27,894 nt of DNA, taken from NCBI RefSeq assembly GCF_006345805.1, contig NW_021834077.1, forward strand, positions 1 through 27,894, written 5' to 3'. Below, in pieces: positions 20,912-27,894 of the stretch. Origin of the DNA: Octopus sinensis. Lineage: Eukaryota. Under the pieces are notes generated by a model that had not been told where the DNA came from, made no database searches, and worked only from the letters and a program-made list of their open reading frames with translations. Within the stretch, counting starts at the first letter, position 1. Each line of letters starts with the position of its first letter. The position numbers and the translations under genes are program-made.

Positions 20912-21994
20912 TGTAAACAATACTATGAGATAAATACAGAGACTCTGTGTAGACGTCCGATCTGCTAGAAATAGCAGTCAAATCTCCACTGTCTCTAAAG
21001 TCATGTCTATTACCTTAATGAAAGGATAAAACTGAATAATGTTGTTCATGATATACAAAAAGGGATGATGTTCATGACAGGAAATATTGTTGATCACATG
21101 ACCCGGGGTTAAACAACAACATTATCAATACATATGTGTGTAGTTCTTAGTCATTTTGTCAAAAGTAATGCTTATTTATTCCTATTGTTTTGAATTAATC
21201 CTAAATTATCTCTTAGCTTCAAGATTTCAATGATGCAATTACTTATTTTTAGAACAACATTGTAGGGTAGGTGTGAGAGGCCGATTCTGGCTGTTTTAAA
21301 CATAAAACAATATTTGGATTGGATGCATATGGTTGGATTAAATGCTAAAATGTTTTTAAAAAATGGATTTCAACATGTTGCTATATGCACTGTATTAGAG
21401 TGCTAAGCAAGAGGCTTAATTTATTTCAGCTCAGTCTGTTGGTCTGATAACAGTTGCCATTCCCACTTCATTTTTGTTTTGTTGCTGTAGTCCTTGTTTA
21501 GTGCAAATTTCAGTCTGGATCCACAAAGCCTAGGATCAAAGGCATTCCATCCATGACCATCTGTCTTTTTTGTTGTTGTTGTTGTTTTGCACATGTATAT
21601 CTAGGATTACATTATCCACTGTATCCTTCTTTTAAGATGACAAGATGTGATTTGAGGGAGATTTGGTCATTATTTTTAGCAAGTAATGTAACCACATAGA
21701 AGTTCCTTCACTGTAATTTTGCTCTATTTCAGCCCTGTGTTGAGAAGACCCATAATCAAAAGCAATCTAACCATGACTATCCTATTATTTTGTATATTTA
21801 AGACTGACAAACATGTCCTTCTCATTTATGTGTGATTTATAGGAGATTTCACTATTGCTAGCAGATTGAGCAACCATATAAAAGCCCACACACTGTTACT
21901 TGTTATAACGAGGTCCTCTAAAAGTGATCTTACAAGGTGAGATAAGATTTCATTAAGGTTGCCATGAGAAAATGTACCCAGCACACTCTGTAAA

Positions 21995-22125
21995 GTAGTT
22001 GGTGATAGGAATGGCATCCAAACCTAATAACACATACAGTCACCGGTCTTTGGGTGTTGTAGCTCCCAGTAAGAAATGACTTAGTACTAATGACCCATCC
22101 AACCCATGCCAGCATGGAAAGTAGA
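21995..22125 (+). mobile_element. Degenerate 3'-terminal module related to the RTE LINE 3' end
   Basis: GTAGTTGGTGATAGGAATGGCATCCA ... CCATCCAACCCATGCCAGCATGGAAAG, compared with LINE GTGGTTGGCGTTAGGAAGGGCATCCA ... CGTCCAACCCATGCTAGCATGGAGAA. Confidence 0.7.
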
Positions 22126-22243
22126 TTTAAAGGGTATTTTTAGGGTGGGGTGGGGGCATCAGATATTCACAGGCCTCTGTTTATAGATCAGAGTCCAAAA
22201 CTGATGTACTTGGCGAAAACTCATTTCTCCAAGCTCTGCCAAT

Positions 22244-22249
<6 letters not shown>

Positions 22250-22284
<35 letters not shown>

Positions 22285-23726
22285 ATAAAACGGTAAGATA
22301 ACAAAAGAAAGAAAGAGACCTCAATATTATGTAAATTTATCTATACAATATGTTACATTACTCGGTAGTCAAGATAAAACTCTGAGTTTCAGATGCCGAA
22401 GTGGAAATCCACAACATCATCTCTTCGGTTATCTGGCTATTTGAAAACGTTATGAAAAAATACCGTTAAATAAAGGGAAATTACTCTGTTATAACTCTGC
22501 TTGCCTGCGTACTTATACATCGCTCGCATTTTTCGTCATAAAAATTATATAAAAATACATAAAAAATAAATAAAAAATATATAAATTCTTCTTGGGACAT
22601 AACATAGAAAACAGATAGAACATGCTTCTGGGGTCAATCTCTTTGACTAAAACCCTTTAAGGCAGCGCTCCAACACGGCTGCAGTCAAATGAATGACTGA
22701 AACAAGTAAAACAATAAAAGAAAGTATATCTATCTGTCTATCTATCTAATATGTATTTCTATATATATTATTATGATTATTATTATTTTTCTAAATCTCT
22801 CAAAGAGAAACATTCAGTAATAGGTCTTTAGAGTAAAGGCTATTTGCCAACATAATGTGGCTGTCCTGGAAGAGGCAATGTTACTGTTATTTCTAGCTGG
22901 CTATACAACACAGTATCTGTGTCCTTATATTTTCGAACAGGGAGTTCAGCACTCCCATCCAGTGCAATATATATATATATAATATATATATATATTATAT
23001 ATATATATATATATATATTGATAAAACGGTAAGATAACAAAAGAAAGAAAGAGACCTCAATATTATGTAAATTTATCTATACAATATGTTACATTACTCG
23101 GTAGTCAAGATAAAACTCTGAGTTTCAGATGCCGAAGTGGAAATCCACAACATCATCTCTTCGGTTATCTGGCTATTTGAAAACGTTATGAAAAAATACC
23201 GTTAAATAAAGGGAAATTACTCTGTTATAACTCTGCTTGCCTGCGTACTTATACATCGCTCGCATTTTTCGTCATAAAAATTATATAAAAATACATAAAA
23301 AATAAATAAAAAATATATAAATTCTTCTTGGGACATAACATAGAAAACAGATAGAACATGCTTCTGGGGTCAATCTCTTTGACTAAAACCCTTTAAGGCA
23401 GCGCTCCAACACGGCTGCAGTCAAATGAATGACTGAAACAAGTAAAACAATAAAAGAAAGTATATCTATCTGTCTATCTATCTAATATGTATTTCTATAT
23501 ATATTATTATGATTATTATTATTTTTCTAAATCTCTCAAAGAGAAACATTCAGTAATAGGTCTTTAGAGTAAAGGCTATTTGCCAACATAATGTGGCTGT
23601 CCTGGAAGAGGCAATGTTACTGTTATTTCTAGCTGGCTATACAACACAGTATCTGTGTCCTTATATTTTCGAACAGGGAGTTCAGCACTCCCATCCAGTG
23701 CAATATATATATATATATATATATAT
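22250..23726. repeat. Tandem duplication, period 736 bp (~685 bp unique plus (TA)n), with (TA)n at all three junctions
   Basis: TGATAAAACGGTAAG at 22283 and 23019; GCTATTTGCCAAC at 22839 and 23575. The copies appear identical by eye except for (TA)n length. Confidence 0.97.
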
Positions 23727-26659
23727 GTTGTATGCAAGAAATAAGGTGGAGAGGAGGATCTGCTAGGTTCCTCACAGGCAAGGAACACAGGTACAAGATT
23801 TTCTGGGCAGGGAACACTGACGGGGTTGGTGGCGTGGGTATACTTATCGCTGAGAAATGGATAGATAGAGTAATTGAGGTAATCAGAGTAAGTGACAGAA
23901 TACTTAAGATTAGAATAGTGCTTCATAATAGATTAGCAACCATTATATCGGCCTATGCCCCTCAGCTAGGGCTACCCGATGGACAGAAAGACAGTTTCTA
24001 TGACACCCCACTGCAGACCACCTCATTGACGAACGACAGGGACCTTCTCCTTGTGGCTGGTGATTTCAATGGGCATGTTGGACGACATGCTGGGGGCTTC
24101 CATGGCGTACATGGAGGCTACGGTTATGGTTCCCGCAACGAGGAGGGAACCAGGCTGCTGGAGTTCTGCGATGCGAATAGTCTTATGGTCTGCAACACTA
24201 ACTTCAGGAAACCAACAAGCCACCTGGTCACCTACCGATCGGGCCGGCATACTAGCCAAATCGACTACATCCTTGCCAGAAAAAGGGAAAGATGGCTGCT
24301 TATAAATGCCAAAACCTTCCCGGCGAAGAATGCACCCCACAACATAGACTGGTAGTTAGTGACTTTAGGATCAGGACTAAGAGGGCGACTAGAAGACGAC
24401 CAACATGGAGAAGAAGGGTCTGGAAGCTTAAAGACCCTGCGAATGGACAGAGATTTAGAGATATGTTACTTGAAGCCTTTGACGAAGTGGAAGGGGGTAT
24501 AGCTACACATGGGGTAGAAGACAACTGGACGTTTCTGAGGGACAACCTGCTGAAAGCCGCTGACCAGATCTGTGGCTGGTGCAAAGTCCCCTTAAGACCC
24601 AAAATAACGTGGTGGTGGAACAATATTGTTGACAGGGCTATTAGACAAAAGAAACAGGCTTGGAAGGCCTGGAAGAACGGTGGTAGCAGGGAAGGGTATC
24701 AGACTGCCAGAAGGGAAGCTAGGAGACAGGTCTATCTAGCCAGAGGGGAAGCAGATAAGAGAAAATTTGCCAATGTCCTGCGCCGTGAGGATGAAAGACT
24801 TGAGGTATTTCGTGTTGCAAGACAGTGTGTGAGAGAGAATCGTGATGTGGTAGGAGAGAAATGTGTTCGCATGGAGGATGGTTCACTTGCGCTAAATGAG
24901 GAAGCTTGGAGACGCCACTATGAAAGGTTGCTGAATGAGGAAAATGAATGGGATAAAGAGAGTCTGCCGAATGTTGACCCTACAGAGGGACCAGCTATCC
25001 GAGTTGATAGTTCCGTGGTAGCTAAGGCAATTAGAAGCATGAAGACAGGGAAAGCCCCAGGCCCATCAGGAATTACTGCAGAGATGCTCAAAATATCTGG
25101 CAGTGTCGGCTATAACCTAGTCACCCGTATAGTCAACCAGGTGATACACGAAGGAGTCATACCCAATGACTGGTGCAGCAGCATACTAGTCAACTGCTAC
25201 AAAGGTAAAGGTGATGCCCTAGATACAAATAATTACAGAGGTATCAAGCTGTTGGATCAAGTAATGAAGGTTACGGAGAGGGTCATAGCCCAACTAATTA
25301 GAGAGAGAGTTAGTTTAGATGAGATGCAGTTTGGGTTCGTGCCAGGGAAAAGTACCACTGATGCTATATTCCTGGTAAGGCAGCTGCAGGAGAAATACCT
25401 AGCCAAAGATAAGCCCCTGTACCTGGCTTTCGTTGACATGGAGAAAGCTTTTGATAGGGTCCCCCGATCCCTTATCTGGTGGTCAATGAGGAAACTAGGG
25501 ATAGATGAATGGCTGGTGAGGACTGTGCAAGCCATGTACAGAGATGCCGTAAGTAAGGTTAGGGTTGGCAACATGTACACAGAAGAATTCAAAGTAGAGG
25601 TTGGGGTCCACCAGGGTTCAGTACTCAGCCCCCTCCTATTTATCATAGTACTCCAGGCAATTACGGAGGAATTCAAGACAGGCTGTCCCTGGGAGCTCCT
25701 CTACGCTGACGACCTTGCTCTTATTGCTGAGTCACTATCAGAACTGGAGGAGAAGTTCCAGGTGTGGAAGGAGGGTTTAGAATCAAGGGGCCTTAGAGTC
25801 AACCTAGCTAAAACCAAAGTACTAATAAGTAGGAAGGTAGACAATCCACAAATGTCTTCAGGAAGATGGCCCTGCTCGATCTGTAGAAAAGGTGTAGGTA
25901 GAAACTCTATAAGATGTACCCAGTGTAAGCTATGGACACATAAGAGGTGCAGCAATGTCAAAGGTAGGCTAACTGGGAAGATAGTTTTTGTATGTGGCAG
26001 ATGCTCGAGAGCATTAACCTCCGAAAATCTGCAGAAAACAACTTCCGTCACTTTCCAGGGGGAAAAAACTAGAAGTAGTTGATAGCTTCCGTTATCTAGG
26101 TGACCAAGTCAGTAGTGGGGGTGGGTGCGCTGAAAGTGTAACTGCTAGAATAAGAATAGCCTGGGCAAAGTTTAGGGAGCTCTTACCTCTGCTGGTGACT
26201 AAAGGCCTCTCGCTCAGAGTAAAAGGCAGACTGTATGATGCGTGTGTACGAACAGCCATGCTACATGGCAGCGAAACATGGGCCGTGACTGCTGAGGACA
26301 TGCGTAAGCTCGTGAGGAATGAAGCCAGTATGCTCCGTTGGATGTGTAATGTCAGTGTACATACTCGACAGAGCGTTAGCACCTTGAGAGAAATGTTGTA
26401 CCTAAGAAGCATCAGTTGTGGTGTGCAAGAGAGACGATTGCGCTGGTATGGTCATGTGGCGAGAATGGATGAAGATAGGTGTGTGAGAAAGTGCCAATCC
26501 CTAGCAGTTGAGGGAACCCGTGGAAGAGGTAGACCCAGGAAAACCTGGGACGAGGTGGTGAAGCACGACCTTCGAACTTTAGGCCTCACTGAGGAAATGA
26601 CCAGCGACCGAGACCTTTGGAAATATTCTGTACGTGAGAAGACCAGGCAGGACAAGTGA
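23727..26659 (+). pseudogene. LINE ORF2 (endonuclease, reverse transcriptase, PHD finger) split by two single-base frameshifts
   Basis: ORFs 23732..24355, 24292..26082 and 26195..26659 join by a 1-nt deletion near 24320 (TTCCCGGCGAA) and a 1-nt insertion in the A6 run at 26063-26068 (the sister copy has A5). No in-frame stops otherwise. Confidence 0.92.
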
Positions 26660-26744
26660 GCCCAGCCCACTTATGAATGCCTTTCCTCCCTTGGACACAA
26701 AGACCTGTTGAGGCAAGCGAAGTCGATATAGAACGTCATCCGAC

Positions 26745-27197
26745 GACAAACACCCATGCCAACCCCCCATGCTTGCGAAGACATGTTGGGGCAAGCGAAA
26801 TCGAAATCGAAACCGAATTGAACCAGCCAGGATCCCTGGCCTGGTGGTACGTAAAAAGCACTATCCGACTCGTGGCCGTGGCACGTAATATACTCCAATG
26901 CGACTGTACGACAGGCACCTATGCCAACCCCCTTTGCTTGTGAAGACATGTTAGGGCAAGTGAAATCGAAATCGAATTGAACCAGCCAGGATCCCTGGTC
27001 TGGTGGTACGTAAAAAGCACTATCCGACTCGTGGCCGTGGCATGTAAAATACTCCAATGCGACCGTACAACAGGCACCCATGCCAACCCCCTTTGCATGT
27101 GAAGACATGTTGGGGCAAGCGAAATCGAAATCGAATTGAACCAGCCAGGATCCCTGGTCTGGTGGTACGTAAAAAGCACTATCCGACTCGTGGCCGA
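26745..27197. repeat. ~159-165-bp tandem repeat x~2.8 in the LINE 3' UTR
   Basis: (C/T)ATGCCAACCCC at 26755, 26920 and 27079. Confidence 0.95.
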
Positions 27198-27483
27198 TGC
27201 CAGCACCGCCTCGACTGGCTTCCGTGCCGGTGGCACATAAAATACACCAATCTGACCGTGGCCGTTGCCAGTCTCGCCCGGCACCTGTGCAGGTGGCACG
27301 TAAAAAGCACCCACTACTCTCACGGAGTGGTTGGCGTTAGGAAGGGCATCCAGCTGTAGAAACATTGCCAGATTAGACTGGAGCCTGGTGCAGCCTTCTG
27401 GCTTCCCAGAACCCCGGTCGAACCGTCCAACCCATGCTAGCATGGAGAACGGACGTTAAACGATGATGATGATGATGATGATG

Positions 27484-27519
<36 letters not shown>

Positions 27520-27564
27520 TGACTGCGTTGAAGATCGTGTGGCACCAGACATCAAGGTCCGCAG

Positions 27565-27894
27565 CCAAGGAGATCCAGGAATTACTAGCAAGGAAGAGGG
27601 CAGCACATTAGGCCCACCTCACACAACCAGCCTGTCCTGTAAAGAAAACTACATTTCGACTCGCATGCAGCACCCTATAGCGAAAACTCAGAGAAATGCA
27701 GAACAAGTGGTGGAACCACCTGGCATGGAGAACCTCAGAGACTATAGATGCTTTTATGAGGCTCTGAAAGCAGTGTATGGCCCCACCTACCTGGTCCAGA
27801 GTCCTCTGCACAGTTCAGATGGACAGGACCTCACCGATAACACCTCCATCCTCGCTCGCTGGTCCGAGCACTTCCAAAGCCTCTTCAGTGCTAA
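27565..27894 (+). mobile_element. Degenerate fragment of a different RTE lineage (BovB/AviRTE-like linker region), running off the window
   Basis: Manual translation gives KEIQELLARKRAAH*..RKLREMQNKWW..FYEALKAVYGP..SPLHSSDGQDLTDNTSILARWSEHFQSLF (RWxEHF motif), with stops and a frameshift. Confidence 0.85.

Larger units (their letters stand above)
23727..27485 (+). mobile_element. Nearly complete RTE-clade LINE (APE-RT), slightly 5'-truncated, with ~830-nt 3' UTR and (GAT)n tail
   Basis: APE motifs QEIRW, YAP, GDFNGHVG, IDYI and SDF; RT motifs NYRGI, QFGF, AFVDMEKAFD, GVHQGSVLSP and YADD (25702-25713); C-terminal RWYGHV and GRPRKTW. (TA)n flanks both sides. Confidence 0.97.

Noticed and set aside
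22283-23703. Duplication as a giant target-site duplication; duplicated minus ORF LDGSAELPVRKYKDTD...
   Set aside because: Both copies lie on one side of the LINE. The ORF begins in (TA)n and has no recognisable domain.
26671-27443. Several 60-174-aa ORFs in the LINE 3' UTR
   Set aside because: By-products of the GC-rich ~160-bp repeats, not conserved in the sister copy.

Overview
Eukaryotic, AT-rich, microsatellite- and retroposon-dense DNA. The SINE families and repeat landscape suggest an octopus or other coleoid cephalopod; this is an inference from pattern recognition, not a database match. The only supportable host gene is the 3' part of an SLC16/monocarboxylate-transporter-like MFS gene on +, with exons 1442-1711, 5903-6028 and 7436-7587, all GT-AG and phase 1. 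The rest is mostly transposable elements. These include a nearly complete RTE-clade LINE (23727-27485, +) with a PHD-type zinc finger inside its RT, a 5'-truncated sister copy (14524-15835, -), and two other degenerate RTE lineages. Also present are an R4/Dong-like restriction-endonuclease LINE remnant with an internal inversion, a 376-bp non-autonomous Helitron, many tRNA-derived SINEs (dimers, a head-to-tail stack, inverted pairs) and a 736-bp tandem duplication. An intron holds a dense array of heat-shock-element pentamers. Most short ORFs in the track are microsatellite artefacts. No rRNA, true tRNA or CRISPR array is supported. Coordinates were counted by hand, and boundaries of degenerate repeats are approximate.
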